From Harriotta raleighana (Eukaryota): a stretch of 64,000 nt of DNA. Below the pieces are notes generated by a model. The model did no database searches, was not told the DNA's origin, and saw nothing but the letters and a program-made list of their open reading frames with translations. Location of the stretch: the NCBI GenBank assembly GCA_050575255.1, contig JBNZDD010013718.1:5678334-5742333 (forward strand), given 5' to 3'. How positions within the stretch are numbered: position 1 is the stretch's first letter; every line of letters starts with the position of its first letter. Shown piece after piece: positions 26,159 to 39,100 of the stretch. Made by a program: the position numbers and the translations under genes.

Positions 26159-29100
26159 AATCTTCAAGGCAACATTTCAGGAAGGAATAGACCACAAGTG
26201 TAACAGGGTACCTTAATTTCATTAAACTTCAAATTTACTAAAGCTGAATCCTTCCAGTTGACAGAACTTGGGCTTGGTTCCTACTTGAAACCTTTTTAAA
26301 AAAAAATATTGTTTCAACATTAATGGATCGTAAATAAATCAATGAGTTTTGCCATCCATTTTGTAATAGTCAAAATGATACACATGTATTTTTAGAGAAG
26401 AGACCTTGCAGCTAACTAACAGCTCAGTCATTATTCTAGCATTTTATTCCTTGAAATAACATCTGGGTAAGAGAAAGGATTTTATCATTTTGCGTGGATA
26501 ATGATTACTATAATGGTGTAATAATGCATAGCCTCAGTTTTTAAAAAAATGTACACTTGCTCAATCTTCAGACTTACTGCATATTCAGACATCTAAAAGA
26601 TGCTTTGATTTGCCAATTAATATGCAATATTTCAGCAATTTTCCATCTAACAGTTTGCTGTTGATTGAGGCAGATATGGTTAAACATTACAGTACTGTAT
26701 ATAGGTTTTTGGGTGGAAAAAAGGAATGTTGAAATTTACATAGAAATCAATTATCAGAATTACAACTCCAATACTAGATCACCACAAAAAATTGCTTCTT
26801 GAAATCCTATTTTGAGTCTTTGTAGGGAGCACTCAAATGCCAGGGAAAAGGATTTGTTCCGATATCTTTGCTCTGAGGTTTGATTGCATCCCATGAATTT
26901 AATCGGTTCCGCAGAGTCTCACAGCCTTCAGCAGAAAATTCAAGCTGTAGCTGTCAAATCTGGTCCTGTCTTCTCCCAGCTCACAGTCAAGTGATATGTG
27001 ACAGTCACATGACAGGAAGGGCATGACTTCCGAGACAGCCTGATTGAGTGAGATTAAAGACTCCAGCTCCAGAAGCGATACAAGCTGTTCGTAATAGTGG
27101 AAGGCGGATTAAGTGACTTGGTTGGCACTACACTAGTTATGCTAAAACATCGCTCCATGCACTGCATTTTGCATTCGTTTTGTGCCCAGGTAGCTCTTTG
27201 ATTGTGTCCTTTGGTCATTATCTTTAGATCGCTCAATGCCCATCTCTGTATTTCTCAAGTGTTGATGTGAGAGGCGGTATATAAACGCTAATTGTAATAT
27301 ATGGGCGATGGATATTATATACAATATTGCTACAGTGAGCGATACGCCTCCTTCTAAAATGGGTTTGGCAGGGTAACCCATTGAGAGTTCTTTATAGAAC
27401 AGATGCCAGTCTTGGCATAAACTTCACCACTGCCTTCCAAGTCAAACAAACTTTGATATCACCAGTGGTTTTCCATACAGCTGTTACAATACAATAGTTA
27501 TTTTTCAAAAGTTGCCTTGCTTGCCTTTCAAATTTTCAAAATTCTTGAGTGTAGTTTCCAAGAACTGGCTCATATGCATTCATCTGAACTGAGTTCTATG
27601 CACACCTGAGACAGGATTAAACTGCATGTTCTTTTTTCAACTGGCCCTTCAATAACCGCTTTTATGCTCAAAGAAAATGTAATGGGGCTAAAGTTTTTTT
27701 CAAAAGTTTAAAATTAGTAAATTCAAACTAAATGGTGAGACATTCCTAATATTTTCCTGTTTACTTTGTAACCAGCAACATGGGGTGTTCATAATTCACT
27801 TAACAGTGAACTTGAGGTCTGCACTATAATTGAGTGTCTGTATTGCAGACATTTCAAAGGAATAAAACTATCAAAAACAACTGCTAAAACTAGAACTACT
27901 GCAGATACTGGCAAGATATAATCCGACTTATTCCAGGTTGTTCTGAAACAAATCAACAGTCAAATGTAACAAATGTAAAATTGGTGCAATGATCAACACT
28001 ACACCACGAAATGATTGAGATCACGATCCACACAGTCAAATGGCAGTCATTGAGATTGAACTGTTATCCCAAGGAAATGAAGGGTAAAATCCAAGTGTGT
28101 TATATCACACATGCATAACCTCAATTTAAGAGTGGTACTGCCATTGACTAGAGATAAGATTATCATCAACTTCCTAGGTAAGGAATAGTACCCAATGTGG
28201 GAAGACTATTCATTATGTTTTTCTTGTTTCAATATCTTTCAATCCAACTGTCTAACTTAATATTTCCACCAAATTGAACCTTTAAATATTTTCACATGTC
28301 CAAACGCATTATATCCACTAGGTAATCCTCATTCAGCAGTTCAGTTACTTACTTAAATGATTACAACATCTGTGTTCTTGAGGCGAACATTGTTATCATC
28401 CCATATGCTCTCATGCACTTTCCCTACTACAAGCATTAGGCTGAACTGATCTATAATTTTCAAATCATTAGGTATAGTAGCTCCAGTATTTATGTAGTGG
28501 CTTTGGCAGATACCTTTAGGAGTTTCACTCTTGTAGATATTAAGGTGTATCTCATCTGATCCCGTACCATTGTAGACATTCTACACTTGTGTACACTCTC
28601 GTCTGTAGAGCTAACATTGTACTGGAATTGACTAATCTTGACTCGGGAGGGAAAAAAAGATGTGAAGAGTCTACTTAGCAGAGCATGACCTTCTTGATCT
28701 TACCCTATATTCCTTCATAACATTGATTAAAGCACCAAACAAACCACAGCTGGCATAGCAAAAAACAATTTTATGGATCTGAGTTGCTACTAGAGTATTT
28801 GCAATCTATTTAATGTTGCACCTTCCAGTCCTCTACCTCAGCAATGCTGGGACTCCTAGTACTCACTCCTTTCCTTGTACCTCTTAGAAATATTTTACTT
28901 TTAGCTTTATTCCCATTGATTTACAGTCTTTAAAATTGAAACATGCCGAATTTGGGAAATGTCTTGAAATTCAAATCTTGATTTGGAAGCGACTTAAAAA
29001 GACCTGCGGAAAACTAGCTTCAAAAAGAACAAAATTAAGAACGTTTCGAAACTTCTTAAGACCATGTGGACTTTCAGGCCTCTGCAGAGGGTGCCATATG

Positions 29101-29619
29101 TGCTGGGTTGGATGATTTATTGTTGCAATCAAATTGGCTCAGTGTACAGTATATAGTCTAAGCTGAGTCATTGTGGAATCATTATTTAGATACCGAACTT
29201 GGTGCCAGCCTATCTCCACTCCACCTGATACCACTCACAATGCAGCTTTACAATGTCTCGGAGTGTTATTGTTGGACCATCTGCTGTGAAGGCGGTGTGT
29301 GTGACGGGGGGGGCATTAAGTTGTGCTCAATTATACAACTGCCAAAAGCAGCAGCGCTTCCACTCTAGCCTATTCTTTAACTTTCTGCCGAAGAATACAC
29401 GTTTACATTATTCAAAAACAGCTCAGGATTCTCAAAATAAACTATTCTACATCTGAAAAGAATACAAATGGCAGAATGCCACACAACAAATCCTAGTGAG
29501 TCAGACATTACAGGTATTTTAATGTTTTTAAGAGTGGTTTTCTTGACTCAAGGTTGAAGTAGCCTCTAGAAATGTCATGCTAAAACGTTCAGCAAGCTGG
29601 ACAACAGTAAAATTAATAC

Positions 29620-29777
29620 CTGGTAACAAGTACAGCAGCGTCAACAGCTGGAATGTCATCTTTTCCACCAGGCACCTGGTTGTTCCCCAGATATTTAGCT
29701 CCTCCAAACTCCCTGTGCTGCCAATGGCAAAAGCTTTGCAGTGATCTCTCCCCATGGTGTCCAACCAACAGTTTTTC
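29620..29777 (-). CDS. ADAMTS17: ADAMTS17 coding exon 6
   Basis: [53 protein letters not shown]. The [13 protein letters not shown] segment distinguishes ADAMTS17 from its paralogue ADAMTS19. Sites tttcag|GAA and AG|gtatta. 158 bp. Confidence 0.97.
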
Positions 29778-29801
29778 CTGAAAGGTAAAAGAAAATATTT
29801 T

Positions 29802-30224
29802 TAAGAACATAAGAAATAGGAGCAGGAGTAGGCCATTTGGCCCCTCGAGCCTGCGCCGCCATTTAATGAGATCATGGCTGATCTTCTAACCTAATTCCAT
29901 TTACCTGGCCTATCCCTATATCGTTTGATCCCTCTATCATTTAGAAATCTAACAATCTCAGTCTTGAATATGTTCAAGGTGAGCATCCACAGCCTTCTGT
30001 AGTAGAGAATTCCATAAATTCAATTCCCTTTGAGTGAAGAAATGTTTTCTCAACTCTGTTCGAAAAGGCTGGCCCTTAATCTTGAGTCTGTGACCCCTAG
30101 TTTTAGATTCTCCAACCAGAGGAAACAGTTCCAAACTACTCTGTCAAGCCCCTTAAGAATCTTATTGGTTTCTATAAGATCACCTCTAATTCTTCTATAT
30201 TCTACAGAATCTAGGCCTAGTTTA
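29802..30224 (-). mobile_element. CR1-clade (shark HER1-like) LINE 3' end
   Basis: Minus frame KLGLDSVEYRRIRGDLIETNKILKGLDR matches the CR1 ORF2 C-terminal motif LGLxSLExRRLRGDLIExYKI. Ends in a (TTCTTATG)n tail. Confidence 0.88.
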
Positions 30225-30496
30225 ATGCAAAGAACTTGTTACGAATGGAAGGTGTGCAAAAATACAAAAAAATCTACAGAAAGTTAAACTTGGAAGTGAT
30301 GTTCCTGCACGGAAAATTCCTGTTTCTAAAATTGCATGAAAAATTATTCCTGGTTGCTCAACAAAACAGCAGTTTTTAAAAAGGCCTATTGATTCAGGTG
30401 CAATTTAAAACTGGGAATATAAACTCAAGATCATCCAGCTTCTTTGTATTCTGGTCAGTCTATTGCTCTTTTTTCTCTTCCCCTGCCCAATGGAAA

Positions 30497-30535
30497 CACA
30501 CACATGCGCACACACACACACACACACACACACAC
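30497..30535. repeat. (CA)n microsatellite abutting the exon 5 donor
   Basis: Directly visible. Other microsatellites at 5530-5553, 22401-22424, 23454-23482, 42818-42842, 44507-44604, 45430-45476 and 45802-45874. Confidence 0.95.
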
Positions 30536-30539
30536 TTAC

Positions 30540-30623
30540 TGGACGATGGTGAAGCAGAACTAGTTTTGTTACTCGAATATTGATTTTGATTCCCAAGCTG
30601 TGATGCTGAAACATGTTGTATAC
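30540..30623 (-). CDS. ADAMTS17: ADAMTS17 coding exon 5
   Basis: [28 protein letters not shown]. Sites cttgcag|GTA and CCA|gtaagt. 84 bp, phase 0 to 0. Confidence 0.97.
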
Positions 30624-31419
30624 CTGCAAGAAGACGAAGAAGACAAAATGTGTGATTGTAAGGATTTACCAATTTAGATTTTTTTTTTAAAAAACAGGCA
30701 GATACAATCCTGTTCCTATTGTAAAGTGTTATTTGTCTCATCTTTATCTCTCTGACATGATGTACAATTTTACAATAAATCGGATATTGGGTTCAGTCCT
30801 AGGTCTCTACAAATGCTGCTCGAACTACTTGTTCCCAAGTCCACATAATTGTTCAGTGGGGAACAGTACAATCATCCCTCGGTTGTGAGTGTAAAACAGC
30901 TTGGTTTGACCTAAGACAGGGCATATTTTGTTCTTATCCAGCAATGTAATAACCGTGTTATCAATAAGATCATCTATGTTATCCTAACTCTATGCTGTGT
31001 AGGCAGGTCAGTCTAAAGGATAATCTGCACACAGCAGCAAAGCTAAACTCTGTTGAGATAGTGGTCATGTTATTCCTTAAAAGGTTCGGAATCTCCAAAA
31101 ACCCTATTATTTTTTTTTAAAAGTGTAACTTTTTTTAATAAAACAAACCACAGTACTGTACCATGCTTTAACAGACAATGCAAATTTTTTCATCTGAATT
31201 TCAGGCTGATTAGGACAGGGATGCTTTTGTTGTACTGTTTTTTCATGTTGGAGAACACAGTGTAAACCTTGGTAAACTATGGCCACTCCCAAAGGGAATA
31301 ATAATGCTCTGTTAATGAGCTTTATCTCATTGCCACTTCATGAATAGCTTTATGATCTGCGATTCACAACCTTTGTGTGTGCACAAGATCAGCTTCTACT
31401 CCTCCTGAGAAGCAATCCA

Positions 31420-31575
31420 ATCTCAGACAACAATCCCCCAGATAAAATTGGTCATTCATTTCGTGGCCGTTTGTGGGCCAATGCTGTGGACAAATTGGCT
31501 GCTGCGATTGCCTACAAATAGACCGTAACCACTCCACTTCACAGTAAAAATCCAGTGTGGTGCTTTGAAACATCA
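31420..31575 (+). mobile_element. Old diverged SINE (related body and tail)
   Basis: ttggtcattcatt...gtttgtgggccaatgctgtggacaaattggctgctgcg...tgctttgaaacatc. Confidence 0.55.
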
Positions 31576-34500
31576 CAACAACAAAAATAGACGCTGTACC
31601 AGATGCAACGATTTTTGTTGTTATGAAAGCAATCTTGCGACTGCACCATGTTTCAGCCCAGCCATGAACTGCTGAAATTCGCCCAAATACGACAAGTGAC
31701 AGGCAGCTCTGAGATTCCAATTGCTTAATCTACAGGACTGCAGACTAGCATACTGAACCTTGTAAATCCCTGTAACCCTCTTTAAAAAAGTCAAGTTATG
31801 CGGAGGAGAGACAAAACAATACACACGGCTGATTTAGCAGCTGTTTATTTCTATTATTTTTTTAAACAAAATTACAGGTTTCCAGGATCCTTTCTTCTTC
31901 CCCTCACCCTTTCCAGATCCATAAATGTAGACGGAGGTTACAGCTAAACATTGCATTTCAGCCACAAAAAGTCAATTCATTTTTACAGTAAGATTCTGTA
32001 AAGCGTTTTGAGAAGCCTCAATGACTTGATAAGGCACTATATCAAATGCAAGGATTATTATTGTAGACTGATGCACACAAACCAACCTCATTTATTTGGT
32101 GGTAAAACTTATTGTTATAAATATAATAATAATCCTTCCATTTGGTATCACATCTCATTGTGTCATTAAATGTCAAAGTGCTTCACAGGGTATACTGTAG
32201 CTGTGTACTTGATAAAGTGGTGCTGGTAAAATGGATACAGTATTCCATTAAGGTAATTGAATGACTAGTTTTTTTTTTAAAATATAGAAAACTGGTAAAA
32301 CAAATCTTGCCTTAGTATTTATTCCTCATTTAGACGAGTGTTCCTATTCAAAACACTGAAGGCAAATTAAGAAATTTACAAAGGAGTCTCAGTCCAGAAG
32401 TACGTAGTAATGAATTAAGCAATTTCCCCACCAAAAAGTGCCAGCTAATTATTTTCGTTGCAATCAATCTCTGATTTTAGGAATTCCTTGTATAGGGCCT
32501 CTCAGTTGAGGGAATGCCACATCATAGCTTGAGATGAAGACCTTGGCAGTATTGTACAGATATGCGTTAGTCAACCTGCCAAAGTATCCTGGATCAAGTT
32601 ATCAATACTGGCACGAGCACAACCTTGTTGCAAACAAAGCACAAGCATCTCGGCCTTACTGGACCCTCCCCTACACTAGTTATAAATTTCCCATTCATTC
32701 TGCTTGTAGTTGCCATGCCAAACACCTGGAAAAATCCAAGATGCAGTAACTGTGGTATGTGCATCGAGATTGTTAAGGAGTGAACTTTTGGAAAACATAC
32801 ATCATAAAAACATAGCTGAGATGTGATAAGTAATTGGTGCATGTATACAAATACTGCTGGCTAGCTTCTCAAATCACTTTAACCTCAGCCTATTAATCTC
32901 TATTTAGCTGAGGCCAGCAAAAATGCTTACATTGGGGGTGGAGGAAATGATCAGTGTATTTGATAAAAACTCCTCCACAATAGAACAATAAAGAATACAG
33001 TAAAATAGCTTAGATATTGCACATACCAACAACTCACTCACAAAACTGGGAGAGTGAAGGGCTGACTGAATGTCTACAGGAGCTACGGATTTATGTACAG
33101 AATCAGAATAGATTGTCAGCTATATATAGGAAGATGTCAGTCAGCTAACAGCTGGAGCAGGCTTTTCAGAGAAAATTAATGGGAAGGAGATTGGAACTGC
33201 TCCTGCCATAAAACATACAGTGAGATCCTCCCTTTGGCTCTGCCCAAGTTAATACCATTCCGTCAGTTTTCAACAATTTCGGAAACAAATAGCTGCGAAA
33301 GAGGGGGAAGAAAGGGGTTGGCTGGTAACTGCACTCATCCATTTAAAAGCATTACCATTAACAGGCATCTTAATACAAAATCTAATTATTAATCAACTAA
33401 CTTTCTTTTTTTTGTAATATTCTCATTTAACCATTCGAAAGCCACTCCTGCAAAGCACACAGCTAGACTGGCTGCTTTGCATCACATGAGTGGCTTCCAT
33501 GCCTTGCTTTGGAGTTGAAAACCACAGAGATTGACAAACTCGGGCAAACAAAATGACCCTGTTAATCTTTCCCATTTGCGCTCGCCTATCAGGGCAGTTC
33601 TGGTCCAATCTGAATCACAACGCTTCCACCTTGGTGAATTTGCTAGGTTGGGGAGAAGGAAAACACAAAATGAAACTGAGAAAAGAGAATTGGTGGAAGG
33701 CTGGGGTGGAAAAGTGAAAGCAATAAAAGATAGAATAGGACATGGGATAGTAAGACAAATGCTTTTGAACCATGTTATACTCTATGGTATCAGGGTTAAT
33801 ATAAGATATACAGATGTCCAGACAGCTTCTATACTGTAAGCTTTTCGGTGTAGCATATGAACTGAGAATATACATAAACAGTGAGCCCACAGAGTGAGAG
33901 TTTCACATAGACTTGTAGTCAGTATAAGCATCAGCAGCAAGCACTAATAAAATGACTATAGTACTTGGCTATAAGTTGGGAGACTTTGTTCCTGACCATG
34001 TGAATACAGAATTAACTGAAGTAGGGAGAGTCACTCAAGCCATAATACCATTTCCAGCTCAACTCTTTTTCCGAAATCTATCCTCACTAACAGTTTAAAG
34101 CAATAATCTACAAATCAACAAACGCCCAAGGTCAATATTTTTATGAGCTCCAGAGACACTGGAACTGTGCTAGAGATAGTAAAACTTATCCCAATAATGT
34201 AAAAATGTTCAGCAATTGCCAGACTGCATCAGCTGATGCAAAGTCTAACCTTTGTACAGTAAACTAACAGCTGCTTTTTTAATGTAGCAGTAAAGTGGAT
34301 GTGTTGCTTCGAATCTACTATGCGCCCTTCGTAATGCTCAAAGGCACTGTTAGGGTTAAACCGATGCCTATGATAGATAAGCAGTAACGAAAATAAAGAC
34401 TAAAAAAAGCATAGCTGAATCCTGGAATGAATGTTTGACGACAAAAGCCCACAGAGACTCCTCATAAAAATTATAATTGATTAAAGCACAGGCTGTTCCA

Positions 34501-35193
34501 AAACCCCAAATATTCATCCAAATTGTCACCGACACAAGTTGCATTGTGAACAGCAAATCTTCGCCAGGCCAGTGCAATCAAGAGATGGGTGTTACTGCAG
34601 GATTCATTTAGATGAAGTCGAAAAATTCACATAGATGCAGCAGGCAAAGCTCAGAGAAAGGGGAGCTTGAATATGTTCCAATGTTATTTTGTAAAAGATA
34701 CAAAGTCTGGACAGTGATTGATTAGATATTTGAAATGTGTTCAATACAAGGGTATGGAAATCCTACTGAAGCCAGTAAAGCATCACAAGCAACGGAATGT
34801 GTGGCAATAAAGTAGTGGGTTAAAGTCTATGAAAAGGATTCAAGCACAATAAAGCATATTAAATATTTATATGAATCTCAACACATTCAGAATTGATATA
34901 TTATACACGTAAACTCTGAAACAACTTCTTTTGTGTTAAAGCTTCCGTCGAAGGAAGTGCGGTTTATTCACACAACAGAAGCAGCCCAGCAAGATTTCTT
35001 TTTACTAATTTACTTTGTATGCGCTGCTTATCAAAGAAGTATGGTCCATCATAGTAATTAATACTGCTCATAAGGAAGACAAGTTTTCACAGTGAAACAA
35101 CTCAGTATTCAGACGCAAGATAAAGCTGTGTTTGTCTTTTCTATCAGCGGAAGGAATGTGTTACAATTAACTCCAGTATTTTATGCAACGTAC

Positions 35194-35366
35194 CATGTTC
35201 ATAACAGTCAGGATGAATCTTTGAGCAGCTTCAGCCCCATGATAGTGAACCATGTCAGCATCTGCCACCACCAGTGTTTCCACAGTATATTCATTCGTTA
35301 ATCGAATGACATTCCTTCTTGCTCGCCAGACATCCAAAACTTCTGCTTTCTTCAGTTTCTTTTTTC
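35194..35366 (-). CDS. ADAMTS17: ADAMTS17 coding exon 4 (furin site and start of catalytic domain)
   Basis: [57 protein letters not shown], near-identical to human ADAMTS17 [31 protein letters not shown] (recalled). Sites ttctag|GA and ATG|gtacgt. 173 bp. Confidence 0.97.
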
Positions 35367-35647
35367 CTAGAAGAGAAATTTGCATGTTCAGTTTGCAACT
35401 TTACGAAAAAACTGATTCAAGTTGCCGAACGTTTCCCCCAGTAACTCAAAGGCAGAAAATGCAAGAAAGAGGGCATCAAATTTTCCCTCTCACCAAGTGC
35501 AGACTCATCCTGGATCCAGTTGAATCCCAGAGGTCTGAGGTGGGGGATTGAAAATGAAAGAGGAAGAAAAAACAGGTGGTCATAACTGAGCCTAATCCGT
35601 GCCCTTGGGTCCTGTAACAGAGATCAAAAACTTCCAAGCCTTCCACT

Positions 35648-36105
35648 TAATAATAATGCCTCCCCAAAAAAATTGGTCATTTCAATCCACGATTGTTTGT
35701 GGAACACTGCTGTGCGCAATTATCTGCCACGTTTCGCCCACAAATACACAGTCAGTTCCCTTTACAGTATATTTTGTGGAGCGCTTTGAGAAGTCCTCAT
35801 CCTTACCTACAAGGCCATTCATGGCCTTGCTCCCTCCTACCTCTCCGACCTACTATCCCCCTATCTACCTGCCCGCACCCTCCGTTCCTCTGGCACTGGT
35901 CTGCTCCACGTCCCCTGCCCTAACCGTCCTACCATNCCCTCGCCCTGAACATTTTCCCTTGCTCAGGTCCTGAACCAATCTGTCCAGCACCTTGGGACGT
36001 CCTCCTGACGTGAAACACGCTCTATAAGTGTAATTTTGTTGTTGTTGTTGTTGTCCAGAAGATGTGAAAAATGCAATATCAAATGCAAAGGTTATTATTA
36101 TTATT
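35648..36105 (+). mobile_element. SINE with nested L2 3' fragment (35797-36052)
   Basis: The L2 part is near-identical to 12985-13425, and its internal gap coincides with the N at 35936. GTCC occurs on both sides. The SINE tail resumes at 36057. Confidence 0.85.
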
Positions 36106-39100
36106 TGTAGAAACTCAGTCAATTAGGCCATGGAAGTTAGGACCATCCTGGTGGCTCAGTTTTACGCTGAGCAGCTGCACCAACGTACCATAGGGCAGCT
36201 CTGAAACAAAGGAGGTTTGTACCAGGATTCTAAACTTTCGAACGAGAGAGAGTGCATCATATTAATCAACACCCCCTTAGCAAAAACCTTCTCCCAGGGA
36301 ATAAATACCAACTCAGATGATCGTTCCAAAAACTGTAATCTTCTGCATGTGGCTGAGTCTATTCAAGTCATCAAGGGGATAACACATGTTCTGCTGTTTC
36401 CAATTGAAATTAGAAATAAAGGATGAATGTATGCAAATTTTTCCAACATGGAGCATCTAAACCTGCCAAGCTGAATGATTAGATGTCCTCAGGCACAGTA
36501 ATTGCTGTGGTCAGACAAAGCCATTTCATTATAAACCATGTAACATTATAAAAAAAAGCACTATCAAAATAATTAACCCCCTCATCAACACTCACTTTGG
36601 ATTCAGACTTTGTAAACAGAATTTGACTGCTGTTAGAGCAAAGACCCTGCTCACATAAGCACAAACTTCATTCAATTTTAACACAACAGTTGTACTCATT
36701 ACACTGTGTTATTAGAAATTAAAATTACATAGCACTTTATCTTTGTGACAAGTGTGCTCCATCACAAGTATAGATTTACCTCATTTTTCTTGATAACATG
36801 AGATTGTAACTCTTAAATGTCCAAACATTTTCGGCTTTCTTACCACTCAGAAAGAACTTCTTCAAAATAAAAATCTTCTGCCAAGGAGCAGAAATCAAGC
36901 CTGAATTCAATATTGAAGAGTCTTCAGGGTTTATTCCCCCATTCTCTGCAAACCTCTCCCACAAACACTGATGTAGTATTCTGTTCTCAGGATCACAAGT
37001 CTGTTTCGATTAAGAAAGCCCTTTGGGCCATTTTATCCTGCCAGAATACCCACCCTATAGGTTGGATGACAATCAGAACCCTCAGACAACCCAGAGCCTT
37101 TGCAAGGATCAAGGACATGATCTGAGTTGAGTTCCAAAACCATACTCACAATGTTCAACTAGCCAGTTAACACACACCTAAATTTGCATTTTCAATCAGA
37201 CCCCGGTTTGTATCCATGGACTATTGCCAGTGTCAAGATGTAGAGACTGCTCTCTACATTATACAGTGCTCATTCAATAGGTAAAATTGAATGAGTTACC
37301 CTTGATCCCAAATCCACTACTCAATATTGCGGTAATACTTAATTTCATTACATGTGAGGTTCTGCCAAATCAAAGCATTTACATAGTCTTAACAATCAGA
37401 CTTCCTTATTGTCTGCTGAAGCAGACTTCCTTATTGTCTGTTAGTACTGGAGTTATTTCAGTGATGGTTTTACAGCCACTATAGAATTAGTCAATTTCCT
37501 CTTTCCAGGTCAAAGATATCTATAACTAGTTTCTTCCGACTGTTGGCAGAAACCCATGCTCTAAAACTTTCCATAACAGCATATTATTCCCAAGAATAGT
37601 TTCACAACAACATAAATTGTAAACAGCCAAGTTGAAGAAAATGGATGGTCAAGGTAGTTTCAAACACCTGAATGTCTACCCATCTCTGCATTGGTTAAAT
37701 GCCTCATTGGAAGATGAATTGGGAAGTCTCTGATGCCTACAGAAACAAATAGGTCAGTGAAACAAGTTTTTTGTAACTCCCACAGTAGTTGTACAAACAG
37801 AATCAGATAAATATGGTCTGGTATTTATGAAACAGTGCATGTTCTCTGCTCCCTTAACTATTTCAGGATACAAAAATCCATCAGAAACCTATGCATAAAG
37901 GACCCACATGCGACTTAATGCACATTCAACATGATGCTTTGGTTTTATACAGATTCATTTGATAGCCACCTGTCTTCTTACATATTTTAATAAGCTATGA
38001 GTGGGAAAGACATAATTCCACTGGGTAACATTAAAACAACCCAAACATTGCAGGCATATACATTGATCCATTATTTATTTGCCACGGATCAGGCAGTTGA
38101 CCCTGATACCAATACCCAAGAGCATCAGTACTGAACAAGTAGATGAGACAGAGAACAATACTGCCTAGTCTGCCTTCTCAAAGGAAGTAAGGATGGAAGA
38201 AATCCATTTGGCATCAGTCTGACCCAGGGAGTCGAGTACAGCCTTTGGATCCATCAGATAATATTTGTCAAAATGCCAAGTCTCTCCAATGCATACCATA
38301 TGTATTTCCAGTCAAACCTTGCCTTTTTTTCCATCTAAGCAGACAGCAACAGAGGCTTGGTTTGTTGCATTTGATAAAGCAAATATGAGTGGTCCAATCC
38401 ACCCCTTTACGAAGGCCACCTAATTACAGATATTTGTATTCGGAACAATAGCATCCAAAAAAGCCACAAAAGACTGAGCAGTTTTGTAGAAATTCATATT
38501 TGCAGCTTCCATAAGGCTTTCATTCTCATCTAAGGTGATGAAAAGGCAGCAGTGTCCTAAAATGATTCAATTAACCTCAAACCACTCTTAATCACTGCAT
38601 TAAATTAACTTGGGAGTTTAAAATTTGTGAGCAGAGACAAATATGTTCTCTGGCCATGTTAAACCATCCAGATATCACTGAGCTTCACATCTCTGCTGAT
38701 TCCTTCAAGATTTGTTCTCACACTTGCTGCCCTTACTCATATCACAACAACAACAAAATTACATTTGCATAGCGCCTTTCACATCAGGAGAATTTACCCT
38801 CAGTAAAACAGGACTGCCAATTGGATACAAGGTCGATATGTGGTCCAAAGCCATAGGAAGATAAACTAATTACCATCCAATTTGTTTTGTTAAAAACCCC
38901 AAATCAATCAGAAACACATTAATGACTGGAAACATTACAAGAGATTTGAAATATTCCAATATTCCAACTGTTTAAATATAATAAATGGACCTGTTAAAAT
39001 ACATACCACCATACTTTTACAGGAATTCCTTTGAGAAATCCTTCCGATATGCTATATCAAATACAAGGATTTTATTAAATTTGTGTCTCATCTCCATACT

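Noticed and set aside
29078-29097. CTCF-like TCTGCAGAGGGTGC
   Set aside because: Too many mismatches at core positions to support without a matrix scan.
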